DNA of 64,000 nucleotides. Source: Chloroflexota bacterium. Lineage in GTDB: Bacteria; Chloroflexota; Chloroflexia; QHBQ01; JADMIH01. The notes beneath the pieces are model-generated. The model was not told the origin of the DNA. It made no database searches and saw only the letters and a list, made by a program, of their open reading frames with translations. The stretch spans positions 1,593 to 65,592 of the forward strand of contig JBDTQH010000030.1 of assembly GCA_039932335.1 (NCBI GenBank), given 5' to 3'. Positions 42,973 through 53,728 of the stretch are shown in pieces. Positions within the stretch are counted from its first letter, which is position 1. Every line of letters begins with the position of its first letter. Made by a program: the position numbers and the translations under genes.

Positions 42973-43656
42973 ATGGATAAAAATACCGACTGGAAGGTGC
43001 CTGCCGCGCTTATTCTCGCGGGATTAGCCCTGCTTGTGGCGCTCAGCGGGCGCAATGCTTTCCCGTTTGCAGGTGGCAGTGATGCGCCCACTTTGGTGAT
43101 CCGCGCCGACAACGCTCCGCCTGCTGTGATGTTCGGCATGAACGACTCCGGTCAGACGTATGGAACGACGCCCCCGGCAACCGCCGTGCCATTCAAGCAG
43201 GCGCCTGCACTGCCCGAGATGCCGGTGAGACCTGACATGCAGTACAACAGCGGCGGCACGATGACCTTTGATAACGGCTACAATTCCTTTGACAGCGTGC
43301 GCAACGGCGTTAGGAACATGGTTGGCCACTGGTCGTACATCTTCCGGTTCGCGGCACTGGCGCTGCTTCTCTTTCTGGCATATCGCTTCTTCACCCGCCG
43401 CCGGTGGAACAGACCCGCGCAGAACAGCTATGGGCAGGGACCCTGGAACTCGCCGTGGAGAGGTCAGGCCCGGGGAGAGTGGCACGGCCAGCCGCAAGCA
43501 CCCGGCCAGGGTCAGGGACACTGGGAATGGCATGGAGCCGAGCAGCCTGCTCCCCATATGCAGCCTCCTCCCGCTCCTCCCGCTCCTCCCGCTCCTCCCG
43601 CCCAACCTGATAATCATGGTGACATCGTGCGGCCTGAGCAGGGCAATCAGGAGTAA
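42973..43656 (+). CDS. hypothetical two-TM protein with W/G/Q/P-rich tail
   Basis: I prefer ATG 42973 (GAGGTG RBS). Longer starts would overlap the repeat. The TM segments are ALILAGLALLVAL and FAALALLLFLAY. The gene ends 11 nt before the response regulator gene. Confidence 0.5.
   Translation: MDKNTDWKVPAALILAGLALLVALSGRNAFPFAGGSDAPTLVIRADNAPPAVMFGMNDSGQTYGTTPPATAVPFKQAPALPEMPVRPDMQYNSGGTMTFDNGYNSFDSVRNGVRNMVGHWSYIFRFAALALLLFLAYRFFTRRRWNRPAQNSYGQGPWNSPWRGQARGEWHGQPQAPGQGQGHWEWHGAEQPAPHMQPPPAPPAPPAPPAQPDNHGDIVRPEQGNQE
43565..43600 (+). repeat. CTCCTCCCG x4 tandem 9-nt repeat (in frame)
   Basis: Four exact copies encoding (PAP)n. Confidence 0.9.
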
Positions 43657-43667
43657 GGTCGGCCACA

Positions 43668-44408
43668 ATGCCTACCAGGACTATTCTTGTGGTGGACGAT
43701 GAGCCGGGAATCGTGACTATCCTGCGCGATTACCTGCACAGGGCGGGCTTCAGAGTGCTGGCGGCGGGCGATGGTCCTGCCGCCCTCCGCCTGGCCCGCT
43801 CGGAGCGCCCCAGCCTGATGCTCCTTGACCTCATGTTGCCCGGTATGGACGGCCTCGATATCACCCGCGCCCTTCGCCTCGATCCAGCCACCCGCAGCCT
43901 GCCCGTTATCATGCTAACCGCACTGGTGGACGAGACCGATAAGCTGGTCGGTTTGGAACTGGGCGCTGACGACTATATCACCAAGCCCTTCAGCCCTCGT
44001 GAGGTCGTCGCGCGCGTGAGAGCCGTACTGCGCAGGGCAGAAGGCGATGTCACTTATAGCGGCGTCCTGCAGGCCGGTCCCCTCTCCATCGACCTCGAAA
44101 GGCGGGTTGTGCGGCGCGACGGTATGCTTGTGGACCTCACGGCGACCGAGTTTGATCTACTTTCCGTGCTGGCTCGCGAGCCCGGCCGCACGTTCACTCG
44201 CGCTCAACTGGTCGATCTCCTCTACGATCAGGCCTTCGACGGCTACGACCGCACCGTGGACGCCCATATCAAGAATCTACGCCGTAAAACTGAGCCCGAC
44301 CCGCGTGAGCCGCGCTTCATTCTCACGGTTTACGGCGTCGGCTACAGGTTTGCTGAGCTTGCAGACGAGCGCCCAACCGCGGCCAACGTTCCCACTGCAA
44401 CCTTGTAG
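43668..44408 (+). CDS. OmpR-family response regulator
   Basis: 246 aa. Receiver domain (ILVVDDEP, LMLLDLMLPGMDG, KPF) and a winged-helix C-terminus (LTATEFDLLSVLA, YGVGYRF). Confidence 0.9.
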   Translation: MPTRTILVVDDEPGIVTILRDYLHRAGFRVLAAGDGPAALRLARSERPSLMLLDLMLPGMDGLDITRALRLDPATRSLPVIMLTALVDETDKLVGLELGADDYITKPFSPREVVARVRAVLRRAEGDVTYSGVLQAGPLSIDLERRVVRRDGMLVDLTATEFDLLSVLAREPGRTFTRAQLVDLLYDQAFDGYDRTVDAHIKNLRRKTEPDPREPRFILTVYGVGYRFAELADERPTAANVPTATL

Positions 44409-44424
44409 GAGACTGTTTTGCTTT

Positions 44425-45609
44425 ATGCGCCATCCTTCTGCCATGCACAATAGAGGCCAATCGCCGGCAGTGTGCGCTCCTCCGGCACATCGCCGCCGTC
44501 CGCCGCTGTTCGCGCTAATGCTGGCGGCTTTCGCCCTTGTGATCGTGCTGGGTGTGGGCGGCATGGTGGGCCTCTTCTTCCTCGCTCAGGGGCAGGTAGG
44601 TCCGCCGGCGGGCATGATAGAGAACCTGACTGACCCATCAGGCTTTCCGCTCAAAATAGCCGCAGATGGAACAGGGCACTGGTCGCGCACCGACGTATGG
44701 CGCGGCGCTCTGAGCGCGTCGTTGGCCCTCGCTGCGGTGCTGCTCGGCCTCGCCACCATCTTCTCCCGGCGTATCAGCAAGCCGATTAGCAAGCTAACCG
44801 CTGCTGCTCGCACAATGGCGGCGGGCGATCTATCTGTGCGCGTGGCAAGCTACGGCGTGCGCGAGATCAACGACCTGGCCGATGCATTCAACTCTATGGC
44901 AGGCTCTATATCAGCAGCAGACGGCCAGCGCCGCCAGCTAACCGCCGATGTGGCACACGAGCTACGCACACCCCTCTCGATAATTAAGGGCCGCCTCGAA
45001 GGAATGCAGGACGGCGTTTACCCGGCCACACCCGAACAGATAGCCCTGCTGCTCGACGAAACGGCCTTGCTTGAGCGGCTCATTGAGGATCTGCGTCTAC
45101 TGGCCCAGGCCGATGCGGGCCAACTACCTCTCTATCTGGAGCAGGTGTGCATCGACGGCCTGCTCGACGCCGTGGCACGCTCTTTCGGTCCACAGGCGCT
45201 TGCTGCGGGGGTAGCAATACAGATAGTACCGCCCGGCCCACTGCCGGAAGTCAGCGCCGATTCGCAGCGCATTTCGCAGGTGCTCGGCAACCTGCTAGCT
45301 AATGCGATACGGCATACCCCGGCAGGCGGCACCGTCACGTTGCGCGCCTGGGTGGACCCCACAGCGCCCGGCCAGGTGAACGTCGCTGTACAGGATACCG
45401 GGGCCGGCATCGCGCCCGACGATCTGCCCAACATCTTTGAGCGCTTCTGGAAGGCCGACAGAGCGCGCTCTCGCTCAGGCGGCGCCGGCCTGGGTCTGGC
45501 CATCGCCCGCCGTATCGTAGAGGCGCACGGAGGCCGCATCTGGGCCACCAGCGCGCTCGGCCAGGGCACAACAGTAGGGTTCACACTACAGCCCGCAGCT
45601 CGCAACTGA
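44425..45609 (+). CDS. HAMP-domain sensor histidine kinase
   Basis: The start at ATG 44425 follows the regulator stop. H-box AHELRTPLSII, N box NLLANAIRHTP, G boxes DTGAGIAPDD and GAGLGLAI. Confidence 0.9.
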   Translation: MRHPSAMHNRGQSPAVCAPPAHRRRPPLFALMLAAFALVIVLGVGGMVGLFFLAQGQVGPPAGMIENLTDPSGFPLKIAADGTGHWSRTDVWRGALSASLALAAVLLGLATIFSRRISKPISKLTAAARTMAAGDLSVRVASYGVREINDLADAFNSMAGSISAADGQRRQLTADVAHELRTPLSIIKGRLEGMQDGVYPATPEQIALLLDETALLERLIEDLRLLAQADAGQLPLYLEQVCIDGLLDAVARSFGPQALAAGVAIQIVPPGPLPEVSADSQRISQVLGNLLANAIRHTPAGGTVTLRAWVDPTAPGQVNVAVQDTGAGIAPDDLPNIFERFWKADRARSRSGGAGLGLAIARRIVEAHGGRIWATSALGQGTTVGFTLQPAARN

Positions 45610-45771
45610 CAACTAACGCTCACAGTTGGGGTGTGCTCCTCGGAGCCTCATCTGATATAGCCGCGCCATTCTCTCGCCCTCACAAATAGTCATAACAAGC
45701 GGCTGGGCACACAAGTTGCTTTTATCGCTGCAAGCGGCAGTAATTGGCAACTTACAGAGGAGGGACAAGAA

Positions 45772-46185
45772 ATGGCTGAGAAAAGTAAAATCAGCGCAAC
45801 ACGCAAGTCGAGCAGTGTCAAATCGAAATCAGATGGCGGCGTGTCCGAAATGCTTGATGGTGCTATGACCAAGCTGGGCGACGTGGCGGGCGAGGCGCGA
45901 GATGTTCTTGCTGAGGCGGGATCGGCCGCCAAAGAGGCGGCAGGCAACGTGCTCGGAGCAGCGCGGGACAAAGCAGGCGAGGTCGCGGAGCACCTTCCCA
46001 TAATCGGTGATAACAGCGAAAAGCCGAAGTCTTCCACCAGGCGTGCGAGCAGTTCGCGGGCGTCCTCATCAACCAAATCTGCAAAGAGAAGCACGGCCAC
46101 CGCAAAGACAAGCGCAGCAAAAGGCAGCAGTCGTGCAAAGAGCGGAAGCGCCTCAAAGAGTAGCGCAAGCGGCGCTAAGGCATAG
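45772..46185 (+). CDS. low-complexity Lys/Ser/Ala-rich protein
   Basis: 137 aa, GGAGGG RBS. The central region has A/E/K/G amphipathic repeats, flanked by basic Ser-rich N- and C-terminal tails. Confidence 0.5.
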   Translation: MAEKSKISATRKSSSVKSKSDGGVSEMLDGAMTKLGDVAGEARDVLAEAGSAAKEAAGNVLGAARDKAGEVAEHLPIIGDNSEKPKSSTRRASSSRASSSTKSAKRSTATAKTSAAKGSSRAKSGSASKSSASGAKA

Positions 46186-46327
46186 CACAGAGTTCTAGTT
46201 CCTGGCCGCAGCAGCTACGCTCCGGCCAAGCCATTCTGATCAAGTCTGTCCGCTTTAGTGGAATAAGTGGAAGACGCCCGTACCTGTTCTTTCGCCATCG
46301 TTTTACTGGTCGAGCGCAGCACTAAGA

Positions 46328-46372
46328 AGAACGCTCGTCTGGTCTATTGCAGACGAGCGTTCTTGCTTTTGG
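46328..46372. terminator. bidirectional intrinsic terminator between convergent genes
   Basis: AGAACGCTCGTCTG(46328-41)/CAGACGAGCGTTCT(46350-63) 14-bp stem, then TGCTTTTGG. Confidence 0.65.
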
Positions 46373-46389
46373 CAGTCCTTGAAAGGATG

Positions 46390-48909
46390 CTATTGTAGCC
46401 CTTGCACGAGGCCCACGTATTTGTCGACGAGTTGACGTGCTTCCGAATCCGTGCTTGCCTCGGCTATAATGTGGAATAAGGGGCGGTCAGCATCAGGTAA
46501 TACCAACGCCCACTCGCCGCGGCCCAGGTCGATCTTTACGCCGTCAACCTGGCGTGTGCTGCTGTCTCTGTACTGCTCGTTGAGGATACGCATAACCCGA
46601 CCCTTGTCCTCCCAACGGCAAGGCACACGACTCGATGCCCAGGCATAATGCGGGAGGCTTTCGAGTGCTTGTGTGAAGCGTATTTTCTGCGTCGCGGTCA
46701 ATTCCATCACCTTCGCTATAGCGAACAGGCCGTCTGCGGCGGGCTGGAACTGCGGGAAGATAAACGAACCCTGGTTATCGCCTGCTATCACGACGCCGCT
46801 CCGTAAAGCAGCCGTCATAAGCGCATACGAATTAAAGCGAGTGCGCACAACCTCTGCGCCGTACTTGGCGGCAATGGTCTCAAAGATGGCGGGAGCATAT
46901 ACCGGCACCGCCACGATGCCGCCCGGACCATGCTGGTCTGCGTGCTGCGCCAGCGCCAGATCGGTTACCGCCGCCAACGCCCGCAGAGAATCAACCTGCT
47001 TACCGTGTTCGTCCACAAAGTATATGCGCTCGCCGCCGGTATCCAGCCGCACCCCGAAGCCTGCATGCAGAGTCTTGGTGATCGCACCTAACCGTTCCAT
47101 CGCCTGGTTCGACTGGTCCTTGGTCCGGTAGAGCGACTCCTCGTGCACCACCGCGTTGATGGCGACTACATCGGCGTTCAAGTTGCCCAGCAGATTAGGA
47201 AGCACAAGGCTGGCCGACGAGTTGCCGTAGTCCACAGCGATGCGGTTATAGTTGTCGGCATTCTGCACCGCTTCCACCCTGAGGTGCTTCATGAAATCGG
47301 TGCTGTAGCGCTGCTCCACGTCGTTGGCGTAGTTGATGCGTCCCACGTCGTCCAGGTAAACCCTGCGGAAGTCCTCGCGGAAGAAGAGGCCTTCTATTTT
47401 GCGCTCGCTCGCCTTGTCCAGATCCAGACCACGGCGGTCAAAAAACTTGATATCCACCACTCGAGCATCGAAGGGAGATAGCCTCACATGCACGCCGCCC
47501 GCCGCGCCTATCGACCGTGTATAATGGCGCGCAACCGGGGTTGGCACGCTCCTGATATCGAGCACGTTGATGCCCGCCGACGGCAGACCCGCAATCAATG
47601 CTCTCTTTATCATACGTGGCGTGTAGTGGCTGTCCCTGTTGACGGTCACCGTGGAGCCTTTAGGGAAAACGCCTCCGTAGGCAGCGCCCAGCTTGGCCGC
47701 GAATTCAGGCGTGAGATCGACATTAACAAGCCCGGTGACGCCCCAGCGCCCGAAGAGATTGCGGCGGCCCTGCGAGCCCCAGATAATTGAGGCCGATATC
47801 GTCGCGCCGCTTTCGATCTCTTTGGCAGGCCAGATTTTCACATTGGGCCGTATCACCGAGCTATCACCAACGATGGTTTCGTCGCCGATAACTGCCCCTT
47901 CGAAGATCATAGCGTGCGGCTTCACGTTGACACGGGTCTGGATTATAGCACCGCGCACTTCGGCCCTCTCGCCTATGTAGCAGTTGCGCCATATTATGGC
48001 CCTGTCGATTGTCGCGTGCGAGTCCACTATTGAGACGTCGCGTATCACCGCAGGGCCTCGTATGATCGCCCCTGCTTTCACCTTTACACCTGCGCCCAGG
48101 AAGACCGGGCCTGTAATCTGCGCGTCCCGGTCGATCTCTACTTCGTCCTCGCACCATATGCCCGAGCCGGGTTCAGTCTCTTTGCCCAACCTGGGGAGGT
48201 TCACTTCGCCTCGTAAGTAGTCGCTGCAGGAGCGTATATAGTCGGGAATCGATCCGACATCGCACCAGTAACCGTCGGCCACATAGCCGTAGATTGGGTC
48301 GCCCTTCTCGAGAAGGATGGGGAATAAGTTGCTGCTGAAGTCGAAGACCTGCTCGGCCTCATAGTAGTCAAATATCTTCGGCTCAAGGATGTAGATGCCC
48401 GTATTAACCGTATCGGAGAAGACCTCGCCCCAGCTTGGCTTCTCCTGGAATTGCCGCACCCGCCCGTTGTCGTCAATAATAACCACGCCGTATTCGAGCG
48501 GATTGGGCATACGCTTCAGCACGATGGTCGCGGTCGCTTTCTTCTGCCGGTGGAAGCGAATAGCCGTAGTCAGATCGAAGTCGGTGAGTGCATCGCCCGA
48601 GATGACCATGAATGTATCATCTAGCATATCGATAGCCTGGCGAACTGAACCTGCTGTGCCGAGCGGCGACTCTTCGACCGTGTAGCTGATCTTCATGCCG
48701 TAGTTCGCGCCGTCACCCAGGTACTCCTGTATAACAGCGGCAAGATATTGAAGGGTGACAACTACTTCAGTGATCCCATGCCGCTTCAGGAGCTCCAGAA
48801 TATGAACAATTGCGGGCCTGTCGACCACGGGAACCATCGGCTTGGGACGCCGGATCGTAAGAGGGCGCAAGCGAGAACCTTCGCCGCCCGCCATGATTAC
48901 AGCTTTCAT
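46390..48909 (-). CDS. sugar-1-phosphate nucleotidyltransferase fused to phosphomannomutase/phosphoglucomutase
   Basis: 839 aa. N-terminal [18 protein letters not shown], a left-handed beta-helix segment, and a C-terminal PGM/PMM-like four-domain region. Confidence 0.85.
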   Translation of the reverse strand: MKAVIMAGGEGSRLRPLTIRRPKPMVPVVDRPAIVHILELLKRHGITEVVVTLQYLAAVIQEYLGDGANYGMKISYTVEESPLGTAGSVRQAIDMLDDTFMVISGDALTDFDLTTAIRFHRQKKATATIVLKRMPNPLEYGVVIIDDNGRVRQFQEKPSWGEVFSDTVNTGIYILEPKIFDYYEAEQVFDFSSNLFPILLEKGDPIYGYVADGYWCDVGSIPDYIRSCSDYLRGEVNLPRLGKETEPGSGIWCEDEVEIDRDAQITGPVFLGAGVKVKAGAIIRGPAVIRDVSIVDSHATIDRAIIWRNCYIGERAEVRGAIIQTRVNVKPHAMIFEGAVIGDETIVGDSSVIRPNVKIWPAKEIESGATISASIIWGSQGRRNLFGRWGVTGLVNVDLTPEFAAKLGAAYGGVFPKGSTVTVNRDSHYTPRMIKRALIAGLPSAGINVLDIRSVPTPVARHYTRSIGAAGGVHVRLSPFDARVVDIKFFDRRGLDLDKASERKIEGLFFREDFRRVYLDDVGRINYANDVEQRYSTDFMKHLRVEAVQNADNYNRIAVDYGNSSASLVLPNLLGNLNADVVAINAVVHEESLYRTKDQSNQAMERLGAITKTLHAGFGVRLDTGGERIYFVDEHGKQVDSLRALAAVTDLALAQHADQHGPGGIVAVPVYAPAIFETIAAKYGAEVVRTRFNSYALMTAALRSGVVIAGDNQGSFIFPQFQPAADGLFAIAKVMELTATQKIRFTQALESLPHYAWASSRVPCRWEDKGRVMRILNEQYRDSSTRQVDGVKIDLGRGEWALVLPDADRPLFHIIAEASTDSEARQLVDKYVGLVQGLQ

Positions 48910-49174
48910 AATATGTGCCTCATAGGTGCCTCCCGGTGACTACGGAGTGCGAACGTCGAGTGAGCCTGGTGACACCGAACGTTGTTCGAGAAGGCTATGG
49001 CTAAGAAGAACCAGGAATGGGTAAAGGCCAGGCGGGCGCGACCTATTTGGTACAAACTTGAGGGGAGACGCGCCATTGCGCCTGATTGGATTATACAATA
49101 TGCACGAGGGAACAAAAAGATGTATAGTAGCGTCTACATTCAGGAAGTACAAAATCTAACCTGGAGGACATAAG

Positions 49175-49642
49175 TTGATATCCCGCAGAATAATCCTGGG
49201 CGTCGTGAGTATAGTCGCGCTCTTGCTGATGGCAGCCTGCGACAGCGGCGTACAGAATACACCTACCTCGCCGCCCCCCGCAGCGGCCACAATCACGCTC
49301 GAGACCAGCGGCGGCATTGCAGGCATACACAAAGTGCTTACTATAGACCCCACCGGCGCTGCCACCTATTCGGCAGGCTCTACCAGCAAAACCGGCCAGA
49401 TACCGCCAGCCGACCATAACCAGATGCTCCAACAGCTAACTAAAGCCGATTTCTTCAATCTGAAAGACACCTATGACAACGGCAACGTGGCCGACGACTT
49501 TTACTATAAGATCACAGTTAAGCAGACTGACAAGGCAAAGACAGTCACCGTAGCCGAGGTCGGCGGCAAAGACCTGACCCCTCAGGCCCTGCAAGACCTG
49601 ATCACCCAACTGAACAGCTTCCAGGACACGCTGGTCAAATAG
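49175..49642 (+). CDS. hypothetical lipoprotein
   Basis: 155 aa, TTG start. Signal peptide with lipobox LLMAAC. Confidence 0.55.
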   Translation: MISRRIILGVVSIVALLLMAACDSGVQNTPTSPPPAAATITLETSGGIAGIHKVLTIDPTGAATYSAGSTSKTGQIPPADHNQMLQQLTKADFFNLKDTYDNGNVADDFYYKITVKQTDKAKTVTVAEVGGKDLTPQALQDLITQLNSFQDTLVK

Positions 49643-49747
49643 GTGTCAGGATGTCAGTTACGACCGCCGACGGCCGACCGCAGGCTCACGGACTATTGAC
49701 ACCTTACACCTGATCCCTGACCTCTACGCAGTACGGAGTACGCAGTA
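49643..49747. repeat. degenerate heptamer-array element, copy J
   Basis: GTGTCAG/GATGTCA, the complement of the CGGCGGT core (CCGCCGA CGGCCGA), ACACCTT/ACACCTG, and TACGCAG TACGGAG TACGCAG. It starts at the stop codon of the upstream gene. Confidence 0.75.
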
Positions 49748-49765
49748 TAAAAAGGAGCCACACAC

Positions 49766-50242
49766 ATGTCAGACACGCCCGAGAGAACACTGCCTACGCA
49801 GCTTAGTAGCGTGGAGATACAGAAGATACTGCCCCACCGCTATCCATTCCTGCTAATCGACAAGATCATCGAGATAGAGTATGGCAAGCGGGCTGTTGGC
49901 ATAAAGAACGTGACTGCCAACGAAGAGTTCTTCCAGGGGCACTTCCCCGGCTTCCCTGTGATGCCTGGTGTGCTTATGATCGAGGCTATCGCGCAGGTGG
50001 GTGCTGTGGCAGTGCTTGGGATGCCGGAAAACAAAGGCAAGCTGGCAGTGTTCGCCGGTGTGGACGATGTACGCTTCAAGCGCCAGGTCGTGCCGGGCGA
50101 CACCCTTCGCATAGAGGTGACCCTCACCAGGCTGCGCGGCCCCATCGGGCAGGGAGAAGGCGTGGCGACAGTAGATGGTCAGGTCGCCTGCAAAGGCTCA
50201 TTCATGTTCGCGCTCACCAAAGTCGAGGGTATAGGCGGCTAA
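49766..50242 (+). CDS. fabZ: 3-hydroxyacyl-ACP dehydratase FabZ
   Basis: 158 aa. [13 protein letters not shown] and [16 protein letters not shown] motifs. Confidence 0.9.
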   Translation: MSDTPERTLPTQLSSVEIQKILPHRYPFLLIDKIIEIEYGKRAVGIKNVTANEEFFQGHFPGFPVMPGVLMIEAIAQVGAVAVLGMPENKGKLAVFAGVDDVRFKRQVVPGDTLRIEVTLTRLRGPIGQGEGVATVDGQVACKGSFMFALTKVEGIGG

Positions 50243-50291
50243 GGCCGGTCCTGCACAGCAGAAGCAATGGGATGCTCTATGTAGGGCGTCC

Positions 50292-52376
50292 CTATTTCTT
50301 TACATCGACCCACCCCAGCGACACAGCGTCCCCGAACGTTTCGCCCTCCCGGCAGCCTGTCTTGAGCGGCTGGATCGTCCCGTTCTCGGCATGGTACATC
50401 CCTGCCACCAGCCTGTACCGCCCTGCTGCCAGGTCCGCAGGCACAGGGAGTGACGCTGTATCGGTAATGGGTGTGTTGGCCTGCCATTGCGTTGTAGGGA
50501 CAGCGGCCCCGGTCTGTGGGTTGTCCTGTCCTGTTACAAGGTCGCCTTTTTCGTTTACCATGTGAACAAAGCTGGCGTAATTCTGCGTTAGAGAGCTCAC
50601 TGCGTGCCACCAGAGTTGCACGCGCATCGTTTCGCCCGCCTTTGCGCCATCATGTGCCACCCCCGGCGGCAAGCTATAACCGTCCAGCACTATCGTCTGG
50701 CCGCTGCCGGCGAGATCGCAGTCAGCCGCATACTGTGGCGTTGAAGGGAAGAGCTTCGGCTCGTATGCCTCGATACTGCCGGGGAACTTGAGGTTGTAGC
50801 TCGCGCCGAATACCTTCAACCCCTGCTCGGTCCAACGCACATTACCTTGCAGCAAGAAAATAAAAGAGAACCGCCTGTCCAGAATCGACTGGTTGAACGC
50901 ACTATCGTCCCATTCGTGCAGGTCGGCCAGCGGCACAAAGGTGGACGCATCTTCGTAGATGATCTTCTTGCTGTTGCTAAGCAGTAGATAGGCGTCCTCC
51001 GAGAACATATCGCCGGGCGTATTAGCCACAAGCCTCGACAGCCCCAGCATCTCGCGGTTCTTGTCCTCGTTGGGCCACCCGCTGGTAAACCAGGTCTGTG
51101 GCGGATTGAAGCTGAGTATTTGCGCCACCAGCAAGATAGCCAGCGCCGCCCAGCCCACGCTGCCCGCCACAAGGCCGGTTGGGCTCCCGCGCCTCGCCAG
51201 CAGGGTTCCAAGGTAGGCCGCACAGATGCCCACGAGAATGCATGTGGGCAGCAAACCGTCCATCAGGTGGTTGAAGTTAGCCCCCTCGTAGCCCAGCTTG
51301 CTCAAGGTCGCCGCCCACCCTATCACGCTGTAAATCGCCACAAGCCCAAGCGGGCCGCCCACCCGCGCACGGACATCCTGCACCAACGGCTTATCCCGTC
51401 GTGGGAAGAGGGCGACCACCGCGCCCACTAAGCCTGCCCCTCCGATTATTAAGATGGGCCAATATTCGTTAATAAGAGCCGTAATTGAGCGAGTGAAGCG
51501 GCGTCCCGTCTGCGGCAAAGAGTGGTAGCCGACAAGATGCTCCCACAGCCCGCCTCGCAGCAGAAAGTTGACAGCAAAGAAAGGCACAAAGATCATCAAG
51601 CATAGTGTAACGCCGAAGCGGATGCCCATGCGCCAGTCTCGCACTAGCAGCCACAAGCCTGTAGCAGCAGCGCCCGTGAGGGCAGATTGCTTCATGTAGA
51701 AGGCGAGCGTAAAGAAGAGCGCGGCAATAACAATGGCAGCCGGCGGCCTGACGAGCGCCCACCGTGTGAGACTGCTTTTCGGCTCGCTCCCCTCCCTCTT
51801 TTCTGTTTCTTTCCGCGACATGGCAGACATAATCCAGGCAACGCCCGCCAGATCCAGCGCCATAGCGGGGATGTCTTGCTTGAAGAAGGCCGACCACACT
51901 ATCACAGGCGAGAGCGTAAGCCACAGGCCGCCAGCTAACGCTGCTGCCGCCAGGTTGCCTACCACCTTCCACACGATATACGCGATAAGGAAGGTCACAG
52001 CCATGGTAAAGAGCAGCGAGATCGTACGGCCAACGCCAAAGGATGGTCCAGTCAGCCACTGGAACGGCGCGGTCAGGAGAAAGAAGAGCGGCGGGTAGGG
52101 TGCGGAGATAAAGCCGTCAGGCCCGTTGTGGGCGTAGATGTTCTGTCCTTGCGACAGCAGATAAGCCGCGTTCAGGTTCACACCCTCCGCATAATCGATC
52201 TGCCAGGGCCACGCCACGCGTGATATGCCTACCTGCACGAACGTAATGATGCGCGGCAGCAGGCCGAGCACGAAAAGAGCCGGCAGCACCCAGCCCAATA
52301 TCTGGAGGGGCGTTCTGCCGGCTCTGCTCACCCTGCTACTAGCTGTATGTTCCTCGGTATTAACCGAAGTAGCCAA
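50292..52376 (-). CDS. polytopic membrane protein, GT-C/ArnT-PMT-like glycosyltransferase
   Basis: 694 aa. An N-terminal multi-TM region is followed by a soluble C-terminal domain. Confidence 0.7.
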   Translation of the reverse strand: MATSVNTEEHTASSRVSRAGRTPLQILGWVLPALFVLGLLPRIITFVQVGISRVAWPWQIDYAEGVNLNAAYLLSQGQNIYAHNGPDGFISAPYPPLFFLLTAPFQWLTGPSFGVGRTISLLFTMAVTFLIAYIVWKVVGNLAAAALAGGLWLTLSPVIVWSAFFKQDIPAMALDLAGVAWIMSAMSRKETEKREGSEPKSSLTRWALVRPPAAIVIAALFFTLAFYMKQSALTGAAATGLWLLVRDWRMGIRFGVTLCLMIFVPFFAVNFLLRGGLWEHLVGYHSLPQTGRRFTRSITALINEYWPILIIGGAGLVGAVVALFPRRDKPLVQDVRARVGGPLGLVAIYSVIGWAATLSKLGYEGANFNHLMDGLLPTCILVGICAAYLGTLLARRGSPTGLVAGSVGWAALAILLVAQILSFNPPQTWFTSGWPNEDKNREMLGLSRLVANTPGDMFSEDAYLLLSNSKKIIYEDASTFVPLADLHEWDDSAFNQSILDRRFSFIFLLQGNVRWTEQGLKVFGASYNLKFPGSIEAYEPKLFPSTPQYAADCDLAGSGQTIVLDGYSLPPGVAHDGAKAGETMRVQLWWHAVSSLTQNYASFVHMVNEKGDLVTGQDNPQTGAAVPTTQWQANTPITDTASLPVPADLAAGRYRLVAGMYHAENGTIQPLKTGCREGETFGDAVSLGWVDVKK

Positions 52377-52746
52377 GCTCGTCCTTTGCTTCTTCGCTCA
52401 TCATGGACGGGTGCCAGGGTGGCGCGAACACCAATTTGACGTCTACCTCTTCGATGTCCTCGAACTTCGATAGGGAACGCCGCACGTTCGTAATCAATTC
52501 GGGGCCGACCGGGCAACCGGGGCTGGTGAGCGTCATCGTGATGTCCACTTTATTATCCAGCACATCGATATCATAAATCAGGCCCAGGTCCACGATGTTG
52601 AGTCCAAGCTCAGGGTCGTATACCTCGTTGCGGATCGTTTCTCGCACATCATCGTATTTAGTCAGCATGGCCGAAGTGCGAGCGTTGCTTGCGGGCACTG
52701 CGTTTGCCTCTGTTGCTTCTGTTGTTACATTCTCTGTATCTGCCAT
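52360..52746 (-). CDS. DUF59 (MIP18-family) Fe-S cluster assembly protein
   Basis: 128 aa. VYDPELGLNIVDLGLIYD and TLTSPGCPVGP motifs. Confidence 0.85.
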   Translation of the reverse strand: MADTENVTTEATEANAVPASNARTSAMLTKYDDVRETIRNEVYDPELGLNIVDLGLIYDIDVLDNKVDITMTLTSPGCPVGPELITNVRRSLSKFEDIEEVDVKLVFAPPWHPSMMSEEAKDELGYFG

Positions 52747-52959
52747 TATATTATCCTCCGTGACGGCTTTCCTGCGTGGTCTGCCGTCTTTGTATCACAT
52801 ATGGTCTATAGTCTGCCAACACTCTATTATACCGCACATTACGGCTGTGTTGACAATTGTGTGGCCATAGTCGGCGTTCAGGGTTGGGATGGAGCAACCT
52901 GACAGTTCGTTAAGGGAAGGCCCACCGCCCGCCGCTACGCTCATGCCCCTCCCCGTCAT

Positions 52960-53225
52960 GGGCTTTCAAGGGTAGGTTTATGGGAAGGGGTGCAGGGGCG
53001 AAGCCCATGACGGGGGTATGGGGGTGTCCCCCATTCTTCCTTAATAAGACTCCCCTCTCCCCGCTGTGCGGGGAGAGGGGTTGGGGTGAGGGGCATCTCA
53101 TTGGCTATTTCTTGGGATTACAAAAACTTACCTTTGGAAGCCGCATGCGGGAGGGGAGCAATAAAAAGAAGAGGAAATGGGGACACCCCCATACCCACGG
53201 ACAGGGAGGACCCTGTCAACCCCGA
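52960..53225. repeat. G-rich mosaic repeat, copy 4 (composite)
   Basis: GTGCAGGGGCGAAGCCCATGACGGGGGTATGGGGGTGTCCCCCATTC closely matches copy 1. G-run motif GGGGAGAGGGGTTGGGGTGAGGGG (53070-53093). The segment at ~53050-53135 is the reverse complement of 23715-23805. Also GGACAGGGAGGACCCTGTC. Confidence 0.85.
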
Positions 53226-53278
53226 ACACTTACGCCATGCCTGTAGAAGGATCACCCACTTCGTCCGCCGCAAAGCTG

Positions 53279-53728
53279 TTACTTCAGCACATTATCGACG
53301 TTCAGGGTGAATTGCGTGCTCACGCCGTTCACATTCACCGTGTAGGTGCCTGCCTTCAGACCCGCAGCATCAAGGCTAACCACCTGTGTAAAGGGTGTGA
53401 TTACCTGTGCGCAAACGGCATCGCCGTTACGCGTGACACCAACCGTCACGGTAAACGTGTTACCCTCCCGCTTCTGGGCAATCTCGCCCAGCTTCGTGCA
53501 GTCATCCTGCAGGTAGCCCTTAACCTCAACCTGTACCTGTACCGGGAAGGACTCCAGCATCCTTATCTCTATAGAATCCACTTTCGCTTCGCCGCTGGTC
53601 ATATTGCCTCCCGGTGTAACAGTCGCCGTGGGTGCAGGCACGACTGTGGGTGTTGCACTCGCCCCACAGCCCGCAAGCGCCATAGTCAGCAAAAGCAAAC
53701 AAACAAAACCTATTCTCAACTGGTTCAT
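53279..53728 (-). CDS. hypothetical lipoprotein
   Basis: 149 aa. Signal peptide with lipobox LALAGC and a beta-rich mature part. Confidence 0.6.
   Translation of the reverse strand: MNQLRIGFVCLLLLTMALAGCGASATPTVVPAPTATVTPGGNMTSGEAKVDSIEIRMLESFPVQVQVEVKGYLQDDCTKLGEIAQKREGNTFTVTVGVTRNGDAVCAQVITPFTQVVSLDAAGLKAGTYTVNVNGVSTQFTLNVDNVLK

Noticed and set aside
44047-44424. The 126-codon N-terminal extension of the histidine kinase ORF, which overlaps the response regulator gene.
   Set aside because: It lies in an alternative frame of the regulator's C-terminal domain and has Ser/Pro/Arg-rich composition. The ATG at 44425 lies just after the regulator stop and precedes the TM/HAMP region.
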